Assembly: GCA_050178015.1 (NCBI GenBank)
Contig: JBFXGM010000012.1
Coordinates: forward strand, 31,967-95,966
Direction: 5' to 3'
Source of the DNA: Mangrovibacterium sp.
GTDB lineage: Bacteria; Bacteroidota; Bacteroidia; Bacteroidales; Prolixibacteraceae
Length of the DNA stretch: 64,000 nt
Shown here: in pieces, positions 8,626-16,890 of the stretch
Position numbering within the stretch: position 1 is the first letter of the stretch
Layout of the letters: each line of letters starts with the position of its first letter
Made by a program: the position numbers and the translations under genes
Notes under the pieces: generated by a model
Told to the model about the DNA's origin: nothing
The model's database searches: none
The model's input: only the letters and a program-made list of their open reading frames with translations

Positions 8626-10737
8626 CTAATTCAGTGAAGGAGAAGGAGCCTCAGCTTCTTCTCTTTTTTTCTTCTGCGAAAAATGGACTGCCGGATTGAA
8701 CAGCTGTACCGTGAAACAGAAGGTGCTGCCCGCCTCAGGTTCACTTTCAACCCGGAGTTGCCCACCCATCTTTTCGACAAACTCTTTGCAAACCGACAAG
8801 CCCAAGCCAGTACTTTTTTCACCTTCGGTACCATATTGAACCTCCTGGGCATTACCGTCAAACAAGGTCTTAAGCTTTTCCTCCGACATGCCTACGCCGG
8901 TATCGCGCACAAACACCCAAACTACCGGTCCGCGTAACTCAAACCAAACATCCACGCGGCCAAAACGCGGTGTAAACTTGATGGCATTGTTAATCAGATT
9001 TCGGCAAATCGTTTTTACCATGTTCCGGTCGGCCCACACGACACAATCTTCCTGTTCATTACAAATCAGCGTAATTTCCTTGTCGGCGGCCACCGGTTCA
9101 TACAGATGAAAACATTCATCCGTGATCTCGTTCAGGCTAACCATTTCCCAGAAAGGGTTCAAGCTGTTGGCCTGGCTTTTTGCCCAGCTGAGCAGATTAT
9201 CCGTCAACTCCAGCACATAGTCGTTTTTTCGGTCCATTTGCCTCGCCATATCATTTACCGCTTTAAAATCACCATCCTGCAAATAGAAATTAATCAGCTT
9301 CGAGAAATTCGAAATAGAGACCAGCGGACTTCTCAAATCGTGGGCAATAATACTGAACAGCTTGTTCTGGGTATTGACCGATTTCTGCAACTGCTCATTT
9401 TGCCGCTTAATTTGGATTTGTTGCTGGAAAATATGCTTGCTTTGGGCCTGCAACAGCCGGTTAATCCGCCGATAGTAATAATAGAAATAGACAAAAATAC
9501 CCAGAATGACCAGAATGAATGAGACAATAAAAATTAGCGAATTACGCTGAGCCCGTTGAATTTTAAGCTCATCTTCCTTAATCAGGTTTTCTTTTTCAAG
9601 TAAACCGATCTGGTTGTTCTTTTTCTCGGTTTCGTATTGCTTTTCCAGCTCCAGTACTTTCTCTGCCGTGGCAACCTGATACAGGCTGTCGTTCAGCACA
9701 TCCCATTTTCGAAAATAGTCCAGCCCCTTCGAAACCCGCTCCCGGCTACCGGTTTCTTCAGCAATCATAAGATTGTTAAAAAATAGGTTCCGGTAATTTC
9801 CCAGGATCGAGTTGGGGTTATTGGCCTCTTTGGCAATTGAAAGTGATTTAAAATAATATTTTTCAGCATTCAGATAATCACCCCGGTCATAGTTAATTGC
9901 TCCCAAAACCCGGTAACAACGTTCAATTTTAATCGGATCCCCCATCTTCTCACCATCAGTCAACGATTTTAGAATATACTCTTCGGCCTTTTCCAACCGG
10001 TTCTGCAGGTAGTAGAGTGTTCCCAGGTTATAGGTTATTGTTACCAGATTATCTAATTGATCGGTACCTTGTAATTCGTGATAGGCCTTGTGATAAAACT
10101 CTTCGGCTTTTGTGTATTCCTGAAGATTCCCATAAACATTCCCGATATTCATCGCCAGGAAAAAACGTTGCTCTTGGGTAAGTTGAAAGAAGTAATTCCG
10201 TTCCAGTATCCCAAAATATCTCAGCGCATTATCGTAATCTTTCATTTTCCGGTGAACAATTCCCAGATTAGTTACGATGAAAAACCGGAGATCAAATGAA
10301 TCTGAATCAGTTAATAGTTTTTCAGCCTGCACCAAATTCGCAACAGCCGAAGTAAAATCAAAACTCTTTTGCTGCGTTTTAGCCAATTCTGTAAGCGCTT
10401 TTATAGATAAGATACGATTTCCCGTCGATTGGGAATAATCCAATACCTTTTCCAGGATAAGCCTTGAAGAATCGGGATACCCGAGTTTGTAGTAGATTCT
10501 GCCCAGGTCAGTCATTACTTCCCAGGCCATCGCCTGATTGTTGGCCTCAATGGCTTGGCTATAAATTTGTCTGATTAAAACGAATGCACTATCCGGATTT
10601 AGTTCTATTAGCGGCTTCAATTCTTTTAATTGGCTGCTCATTTTTATGGAATCAGCTTCCGGGCTTGATGCTGAGCAACAGAGAGAAATTGATAGGACGA
10701 TTGAAAAAGTTAAGAAGACCTTGATTAATTCTCTCAT
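8626..10737 (-). CDS. TPR-repeat sensor histidine kinase (orphan, no receiver domain)
   Basis: N-terminal hydrophobic segment, several TPR helix pairs, TM SLIFIVSFILVILGIFVYF, HisKA AHDLRSP, N-box NLINNAIKFT, DTGVGM, GLGL. Start set at 10737 because a TATTTTTG box lies at 10765-10772. Confidence 0.9.
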   Translation of the reverse strand: MRELIKVFLTFSIVLSISLCCSASSPEADSIKMSSQLKELKPLIELNPDSAFVLIRQIYSQAIEANNQAMAWEVMTDLGRIYYKLGYPDSSRLILEKVLDYSQSTGNRILSIKALTELAKTQQKSFDFTSAVANLVQAEKLLTDSDSFDLRFFIVTNLGIVHRKMKDYDNALRYFGILERNYFFQLTQEQRFFLAMNIGNVYGNLQEYTKAEEFYHKAYHELQGTDQLDNLVTITYNLGTLYYLQNRLEKAEEYILKSLTDGEKMGDPIKIERCYRVLGAINYDRGDYLNAEKYYFKSLSIAKEANNPNSILGNYRNLFFNNLMIAEETGSRERVSKGLDYFRKWDVLNDSLYQVATAEKVLELEKQYETEKKNNQIGLLEKENLIKEDELKIQRAQRNSLIFIVSFILVILGIFVYFYYYYRRINRLLQAQSKHIFQQQIQIKRQNEQLQKSVNTQNKLFSIIAHDLRSPLVSISNFSKLINFYLQDGDFKAVNDMARQMDRKNDYVLELTDNLLSWAKSQANSLNPFWEMVSLNEITDECFHLYEPVAADKEITLICNEQEDCVVWADRNMVKTICRNLINNAIKFTPRFGRVDVWFELRGPVVWVFVRDTGVGMSEEKLKTLFDGNAQEVQYGTEGEKSTGLGLSVCKEFVEKMGGQLRVESEPEAGSTFCFTVQLFNPAVHFSQKKKREEAEAPSPSLN

Positions 10738-10832
10738 CGCAAAATAGACTTGAATAATTTTAAGCAAAAATAGTACATAAAAACCTTGACTTTGACGACA
10801 TCGTTACTCGCAGTTGGCATGAGAAGCTTTCC

Positions 10833-11180
10833 TTATTCTGCCCCATCGGTAAAGTCAACATGGGTGTCTTTTGGTTCTGCAGGAGCATAAGTTCCGGTCG
10901 CCGATTTTTGTTCAACAACGCATTTTATCGTTTTGTACGTTGCAGATTTGTCAAGATCAATAACAACTGACGTGGAAATAATCGGTTCGTCCGGTCCGTT
11001 TACAAGTTGGATTTGATCGGATACTGTGATGATAACTCCCCAATACTTTTTAACGCCTTGCTCAATTTCTTGCTGAACAATACGGGTGATACAATTATTT
11101 TTTGTCGTTTGGAGGACAATTTCAAGTAAATAACCTTGAGTTGTTTTAGTTAAACTTAAATACGGCTTGTGTAATTCCAT
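10833..11180 (-). CDS. Hypothetical 115-aa beta-rich protein
   Basis: Clean ATG-started ORF filling the intergenic gap; alternating hydrophobic patterns, no signal peptide, no recognisable family. Confidence 0.7.
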   Translation of the reverse strand: MELHKPYLSLTKTTQGYLLEIVLQTTKNNCITRIVQQEIEQGVKKYWGVIITVSDQIQLVNGPDEPIISTSVVIDLDKSATYKTIKCVVEQKSATGTYAPAEPKDTHVDFTDGAE

Positions 11181-11346
11181 CGATGCATGGGTTAATGGTT
11201 TATCGTGCCTAATTTAATTAATTATTTAGTCTCCAGACCAGACAAACGGTCTGAATTGTAAAAAATGCCTCCATCGGCAAACAAATAAGCGGTCACAGGC
11301 GTATCCGAATTGTACGATTTGAAAACGGTGATAAAAACCATTTGCC

Positions 11347-11958
11347 ATGAAGTTGGGTCACATCATATTTATATTAACTGTTTTCCTGCTATTATCCGGC
11401 TGCATGGTTTTTTCTTTTTATCCGCTTTACCGGCAGGAAGATTTATTTGCCAACGATTTACTGATTGGCGAATGGCTGGAAGAAGATTCAGCCAGCTGGC
11501 AGTTCGACTTTTATTATCGGGGAGAAGAACATTTACCGGAAAATCGCGACAGCACCTCCTTCCTACTTCATATCAAAGACCCGGACCATAAGGAAGCCCG
11601 GCAAGCAAGCTTCAGGGTGCATATCATCCGGTTGGCAGGCCACTATTTCCTCGATTTTTTTCTGGAAGAATACTTTTGCGATGAAGTTGACCTGTTTGAC
11701 CTGCACCTGATGCCCGTGCATAGTTTTGCCCGGCTCGATTTGCAGGATTCTTCAGCAGTCATTCGTTGGTTCGACCCGGATTGGCTGGAGGACCTGTTCA
11801 AAAAGAAGCGGGAGCAAATCTCTTTTCAGGACAATGGCGACAGTTTTTTACTGACTGCCAAAACCGAGGAACTGCAAAAATTTGTGATCAAACATGCGAA
11901 TAATCCCAAAGCCTTTTCCGGAGGCGTAGTGATGGAACTCCGGCGAATCACCCGATGA
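11347..11958 (+). CDS. Hypothetical lipoprotein
   Basis: Lipobox LLLSG-C; ORF fills the gap between divergent and convergent neighbours. Confidence 0.75.
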   Translation: MKLGHIIFILTVFLLLSGCMVFSFYPLYRQEDLFANDLLIGEWLEEDSASWQFDFYYRGEEHLPENRDSTSFLLHIKDPDHKEARQASFRVHIIRLAGHYFLDFFLEEYFCDEVDLFDLHLMPVHSFARLDLQDSSAVIRWFDPDWLEDLFKKKREQISFQDNGDSFLLTAKTEELQKFVIKHANNPKAFSGGVVMELRRITR

Positions 11959-11970
11959 GCTGGCCTTCTT

Positions 11971-13440
11971 TCATTCCAACACAAACCAGGCTGATACCTC
12001 CTGACGATAATCCTTTTCCTGCCGGTGACGAAAAGTATTCGTGCGCGGCACAGGAACATACTGCTCCCGGTAACTTTCCAGATTGACAACAATATCGCGC
12101 AGTGCTTCGATAAACAAGGACACCTCGGCATTGGTCATGGTGGGGTGCAACGACCAGCGCACCCAGCCCGGCTTGTCCGACAAGTCGCCATGGTTGATTT
12201 TATCGGTGATTTCGGAAGATTGCTCGTAGCTCACTTCGAGTAGGAAGTGGCCGTAGGTTCCGGCACAGGCGCAGCCCCCGCGTACCTGAATGCCATACAA
12301 ATCATTCAGTAAACGCACCAGCAGGTTGTAATGAATGCCCGGCACATAAAAAGAAATCACCCCCAGCCTGTCTCGCTGGTTGTTGGCCAGGATGACTACT
12401 TCGGGAATACTGTCGAGCCCGGCAAAAGCCAGCTGCAACAACTCTTCTTCGCGTTTGCGAATGTTTTCAATGCCCATCCGGTCTTTTAACTGAAAACAGA
12501 GTGCCGTGCGGATCGATTGCAAAAAACCGGGCGTTCCGCCATCTTCCCGCGCTTCAATATCGTCAACATACTTGTATTTGCCCCAGGGATTAGTCCAGTC
12601 CACCGTGCCGCCGCCCGGATGGTCAGGCACCGTGTTGTGGTACATCGACTTGTCGAACACCAACACACCCGATGAGCCCGGCCCGCCCAGGAACTTGTGC
12701 GGCGAAAACATCACGGCATCCAGCTTCATCATCGGGTCGTCGGGATGCATGTTAATCTCGTCGTAAGGCGCCGAAGCCGCAAAATCGATAAACGCCACTC
12801 CCCCGTATTCGTGCATGATTCTGGCCAGCTCGTCATACGGTGTGCGGATGCCGGTTACATTGGAACAGGCCGTGAACGACCCTATTTTAAACGGTCGGTC
12901 TTTATATTCTTCCAACTTTTTACGCAGGTTCCCGGGGTCAATCAGCAAATCGTCCCCCGGTTCAACAATCACCACATCGGCAATGGTTTCATACCAGCTG
13001 GTTTGATTGGAGTGGTGTTCCATGTGCGAAATAAAAACCACCGGCTTCTCACGTTCTTTGATACAGGTTTTTCCCGAAATCTTCCCGCATACTTTCAAAC
13101 CTAATATCCGCTGAAACTTGTTGATGACCGTCGTCATACCAAAACCGGCAGTGATGATCACATCGTTAGGGCCGGCATTCACATGCTGCTTGATAATTTG
13201 ATGCGAAAGATGATAAGCGCTGGTCATCAACGCCCCGGTTTCGCTGGTTTCGGTATGGGTGTTGGCCACAAACGGCCCAAACTCTTGCTGGATCTTCTCC
13301 TCGATCGGACGGTACAAGCGGCCGCTGGCAATCCAATCGGCATACAAAATCTGCTGCTGTCCAAACGGGCTTTCAAACGTTTGGTCAATTCCGATGATCT
13401 GCTCCCGAAAGGAGCTGAAATAATTCTCGAGTGTTTCCAT
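11971..13440 (-). CDS. PLP-dependent class V aminotransferase (cysteine desulfurase/selenocysteine lyase-like)
   Basis: YADWIASG, HMEHHSN, DFAASAPY, SPHKFLGGPG (PLP Lys), RGGCACAG; start set at METLE. Confidence 0.88.
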   Translation of the reverse strand: METLENYFSSFREQIIGIDQTFESPFGQQQILYADWIASGRLYRPIEEKIQQEFGPFVANTHTETSETGALMTSAYHLSHQIIKQHVNAGPNDVIITAGFGMTTVINKFQRILGLKVCGKISGKTCIKEREKPVVFISHMEHHSNQTSWYETIADVVIVEPGDDLLIDPGNLRKKLEEYKDRPFKIGSFTACSNVTGIRTPYDELARIMHEYGGVAFIDFAASAPYDEINMHPDDPMMKLDAVMFSPHKFLGGPGSSGVLVFDKSMYHNTVPDHPGGGTVDWTNPWGKYKYVDDIEAREDGGTPGFLQSIRTALCFQLKDRMGIENIRKREEELLQLAFAGLDSIPEVVILANNQRDRLGVISFYVPGIHYNLLVRLLNDLYGIQVRGGCACAGTYGHFLLEVSYEQSSEITDKINHGDLSDKPGWVRWSLHPTMTNAEVSLFIEALRDIVVNLESYREQYVPVPRTNTFRHRQEKDYRQEVSAWFVLE

Positions 13441-13550
13441 GGTCAACCGTGCTGGCGAATTGAGCACAAAATAAAGCCATTCGCCTGACATAAAAACAGA
13501 AAAAAATCACCTTTCGCGGCGCAACTTTCCGATGAAGTTACGAATCAGGG

Positions 13551-13589
13551 TGACAATTCGTCATTTTTCACGACTGGCACACGCTTTGA
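13551..13589 (+). promoter_or_regulatory. Palindrome TGAC-N5-GTCA plus sigma54-like -24/-12 element upstream of htpG
   Basis: TGACAATTCGTCA at 13551-13563; TGGCACACGCTTTGA at 13575-13589 (consensus TGGCACR-N4-TTGC, one mismatch). Confidence 0.45.
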
Positions 13590-13639
13590 AAAAAAGACCT
13601 TCGTTAAATCAGATGTTGAACTCAAAAAATAAGATAACC

Positions 13640-15697
13640 ATGCAAAAAGGTAAAATTGGCGTATCAAGCGACAACTTATTTCCGATCATTAAAAAATTCC
13701 TGTATTCCGATCATGATATTTTTCTGCGCGAGATTGTATCGAACGCGGTAGATGCGACCCAAAAACTGAAAACGTTGGCCGCACGCGGCGAAACCAGCGT
13801 TTCGGTTGAAAATGCCGCCGTGCGCATTTCGCTGGACGAAGACAAGAAAACCATCACCGTATCGGACAACGGCATCGGGATGACTGCCGAAGAAGTGGAA
13901 AAGTACATCAACCAGATTGCCTTTTCGGGCGCCAACGAATTCCTCGATAAATACAAGAACGACGCGAATGCCATCATCGGCCATTTCGGGTTAGGCTTCT
14001 ACTCGTCGTTTATGGTTTCGCACAAGGTTGAAATCATCAGTAAATCGTACAAAGAAGGCGCCCAGGCCATCCGCTGGGAGTGCGACGGCAGCCCCGAATA
14101 TATTTTGGAAGATGCCGACCGCACGGACGTGGGCACCGACATCATCATGTACATCAACGAAGAGTCGGAAGAGTTTGTAAACAAAGCGCGTGTTTCCGAA
14201 ATCCTGAACAAATACTGCAAGTTTCTGCCGGTGCCCGTCGTTTTCGGAAAGAAAACCACCTGGAAAGACGGCAAAGAGGTGGATACCGAAGAGGATAACC
14301 AAATCAACGATATTGCACCGGCCTGGACCAAAAAACCGGTTGACCTGAAAGACGAGGATTACGCTTCGTTCTACCAGCAATTGTACCCGTACAGCGAAGA
14401 ACCGCTGTTCAACATTCACCTGAACGTGGATTACCCCTTCAACCTGACCGGTATTTTGTATTTTCCGAAACTGAAAAATACGATCGAGGTGCAGAAGAAC
14501 AAGATCCAGCTGTACAGCAACCAGGTTTTTGTGACCGACTCGGTGGAAGGCATTGTGCCCGAATTCCTGACCCTGCTGCACGGGGTGATCGACTCGCCCG
14601 ACATTCCGCTGAACGTGTCGCGCTCGTACCTGCAAAGCGACTCGAACGTGAAAAAGATCAGCACACACATCACCAAAAAAGTGGCCGACCGCCTCAGCCA
14701 GCTCTTTAAAGACAACCGCGAAGAGTTCGAGAAAAAATGGGACGACCTGAAGATTTTCATCGAATACGGCATGCTCACCGACGAAAAATTTGCCGAAAAA
14801 GCGATGAGCTTCTTCCTGTTCAAAAATACCGACGGTAAGTATTTCACCTTCGAAGAGTACGAAAAGCTGATCAAAGACAGCCAGACTGACAAGGACAACA
14901 ACCTGATTTATTTGTACACCAGCCACCAGGAAGACCAGTACAGCTTCATCCAGGACGCCAAGAACAAAGGCTACGATGTGCTGGTGATGGACGATGTGCT
15001 GTCAACGCACCTGATCAACCAGTTTGAGCAAAAACATACCGATAAACGTTTTGTGCGCATCGACTCCGATGTGGTGGACCACCTAATCCGCAAGGAAGAC
15101 CCGGCCGACCACCTGAGCTTTGAAGAACGCCAGGAGCTGAGCCCCGTGTTCCAGTCGGTTTGCCCCGACACGAACGGCGTGAATTACGTCATCGACTTCA
15201 AAAACATGGGCGAGCAGGCCCAACCGATGGTGATTACCCGCAACGAGTTTATGCGCCGCATGAAGGACATGAGCAAGCTGCAAGGCAATGGCGGCATGAA
15301 CTTTTACGGCGACCTGCCCGAAAGCCTCAACCTGGTGGTGAACACTGATCATCCGCTGGTGAAAAAAGTGCTGGCCGAAAAAGACGAAGTACTGAGCGCT
15401 GACTTGACCCAACTGAACGATCAACTGGCCGCTTTAAAAGGCGAACAGGAAGGGCTGGAAAAAGCCAAAGAAGGCAAAAAAGAGGAAGAAGTGCCCCAAG
15501 CCGACAACGAAAAACTGGAAGATGTGCGCACTAAAATTTCCGGTCTGGAAGATACGAAACGCGACAAGCTGAAAGCCTTTGGCAAGGACAACAAACTGGC
15601 CAAACAGTTGGTTGACCTGGCCCTGCTGGCCAACGGACTGCTGAAAGGCGAAGACCTCGACAAATTTGTACGCCGCAGCGTGGAACTGATCAAGTAA
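13640..15697 (+). CDS. htpG: Molecular chaperone HtpG (Hsp90)
   Basis: MQKGKIGV...LYSDHDIFLREIVSNAVDA, DNGIGM, IGHFGLGFYS, NVSRSYLQSD. Confidence 0.97.
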   Translation: MQKGKIGVSSDNLFPIIKKFLYSDHDIFLREIVSNAVDATQKLKTLAARGETSVSVENAAVRISLDEDKKTITVSDNGIGMTAEEVEKYINQIAFSGANEFLDKYKNDANAIIGHFGLGFYSSFMVSHKVEIISKSYKEGAQAIRWECDGSPEYILEDADRTDVGTDIIMYINEESEEFVNKARVSEILNKYCKFLPVPVVFGKKTTWKDGKEVDTEEDNQINDIAPAWTKKPVDLKDEDYASFYQQLYPYSEEPLFNIHLNVDYPFNLTGILYFPKLKNTIEVQKNKIQLYSNQVFVTDSVEGIVPEFLTLLHGVIDSPDIPLNVSRSYLQSDSNVKKISTHITKKVADRLSQLFKDNREEFEKKWDDLKIFIEYGMLTDEKFAEKAMSFFLFKNTDGKYFTFEEYEKLIKDSQTDKDNNLIYLYTSHQEDQYSFIQDAKNKGYDVLVMDDVLSTHLINQFEQKHTDKRFVRIDSDVVDHLIRKEDPADHLSFEERQELSPVFQSVCPDTNGVNYVIDFKNMGEQAQPMVITRNEFMRRMKDMSKLQGNGGMNFYGDLPESLNLVVNTDHPLVKKVLAEKDEVLSADLTQLNDQLAALKGEQEGLEKAKEGKKEEEVPQADNEKLEDVRTKISGLEDTKRDKLKAFGKDNKLAKQLVDLALLANGLLKGEDLDKFVRRSVELIK

Positions 15698-15720
15698 ATC
15701 AGTCATCACCATAAAAGCGA

Positions 15721-15753
15721 AAAGCCATCAGTAAAAACACTGGTGGCTTTTTT
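15721..15753 (+). terminator. Intrinsic terminator after htpG
   Basis: AAAGCCATCAGT-aaaaac-ACTGGTGGCTTT followed by a T-run. Confidence 0.8.
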
Positions 15754-15775
15754 GTTTGAAGACCCGACCAAAAAT

Positions 15776-15943
15776 CGTCAGGAATACGAGATGTGCCTCA
15801 AGGAATCCGCCAACAGCGTTAAGGAACAGACGATGCACGCTAAGGAACAGGAAAAACATGTTAAGGAACAGGAGAAGAACGTTAAGGAATGGACGAAACG
15901 CATTAAGGAACCGACAAAACATGTTAAGGAACAGCTGACGAAA
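15776..15943. repeat. Degenerate 21-bp tandem repeat, 8 units, core (T)AAGGAA
   Basis: Units begin at 15776, 15797, 15818, 15839, 15860, 15881, 15902, 15923 (e.g. GTTAAGGAACAGGAGAAGAAC); the plus-strand frame reads as xKEQxxx heptads. Confidence 0.85.
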
Positions 15944-15972
15944 ACCAAGTGACCCCCAATTCCCTTGAAATT

Positions 15973-16800
15973 CTAGTTCAATCCCCGTTCTTTCAAAATG
16001 CGCAGGGTCAAGTCGAAAGCGGGGGCAGCCATTCCACCATGATCGAAACCGTCCAGCTCGTACAAATAGGTCTGCTGGTGACCGGCCACTTTCATCATGC
16101 GGTACATATACGCATTCTCTTCGTAGCGCCCCAGCATTTCCAGCTCGCGGCCGCCGGTAATCAGGTACAGGGGCGGAGCGTCGGGACGAACGTGAAACAG
16201 CGGCGCCAGGGCATCAACAACCGGCTGTGTTCCCGGGATGCCACGTTCGTCGCGGATGGTAAAGTGGGTAATGGTATGGCCGCTAAAGGGAACAAGTGCG
16301 GCAATCCGGTCGGCATCAACACCAAAAGCAGCCAAATACTGTTTATCCAGGCCCACCATGCTGGCCAGATAGCCTCCGGCGGAATGCCCTGAGACCACAA
16401 TCTTATCGGCCGAACCGCCAAATTCTTCGATATGCCGGAACACCCAGGCCACAGCAGCCGCGGCATCTTCAATATATTCGGGGCTTTTCACTTTCGGGCT
16501 CAACCGGTAGTTTACGGCCACCACTGCAAAACCTTTTTCTTTCCAGCGATCAGGAATGAATTTCTCTCCGCCGGTGATGCCCCCGCCATGAAACCAAACG
16601 ATGGTGGCAAAGTCCTTCTTGCCAACCGGATAGTAAACATCCAGGCGGCAACGCTCGTTCATGTAATCGGTCATATCGTCCCCTTCGCGGTACAACAGGT
16701 TGGTTTCAGTTTTATAAGAACTCGTTTCCTGTGCCTGCAAAGAGCAAGACAGCAGAAAAAACAGCACAAAAATCGAGGGGAATAATCGAATGGAATTCAT
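15973..16800 (-). CDS. Exported alpha/beta hydrolase (esterase/lipase)
   Basis: Signal peptide; WFHGGG, SGHSAGG, GFDHGGM. Confidence 0.88.
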   Translation of the reverse strand: MNSIRLFPSIFVLFFLLSCSLQAQETSSYKTETNLLYREGDDMTDYMNERCRLDVYYPVGKKDFATIVWFHGGGITGGEKFIPDRWKEKGFAVVAVNYRLSPKVKSPEYIEDAAAAVAWVFRHIEEFGGSADKIVVSGHSAGGYLASMVGLDKQYLAAFGVDADRIAALVPFSGHTITHFTIRDERGIPGTQPVVDALAPLFHVRPDAPPLYLITGGRELEMLGRYEENAYMYRMMKVAGHQQTYLYELDGFDHGGMAAPAFDLTLRILKERGLN

Positions 16801-16864
16801 GGTCTGAAATATTGGTTTAGACGGATAAAGATAGCAGAAAAAGAAAAAATCTGAAGCCTATTTC

Positions 16865-16877
16865 GTCCCTACGGGAC
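16865..16877. repeat. Single REP-like mini-hairpin GTCCC-TAC-GGGAC
   Basis: Perfect 5-bp inverted repeat with a CTAC/GTAG core, just downstream of the ABC gene stop; only one copy seen. Confidence 0.35.
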
Positions 16878-16890
16878 TTAGATGCCTTTC

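Noticed and set aside
8600-11200. Horizontal-transfer island based on apparent AT-richness (also considered for 47-61 kb)
   Set aside because: Spot counts of single lines overlapped those of core genes; sliding-window GC and codon analysis would be needed.
13532-13639. Upstream extensions given by the ORF track (htpG; also purB, folE, E1, GH3, GH78, susC3)
   Set aside because: Extensions cross promoter boxes or neighbouring features; downstream ATGs match family N-termini or signal peptides.
13991-14926. 311-aa antisense ORF over htpG
   Set aside because: Antiparallel shadow of a strongly codon-biased gene; no recognisable motifs.
15776-15943. CRISPR interpretation of the 21-bp array
   Set aside because: Constant part only about 6-9 nt, period 21 nt, no palindrome and no cas genes in the window.
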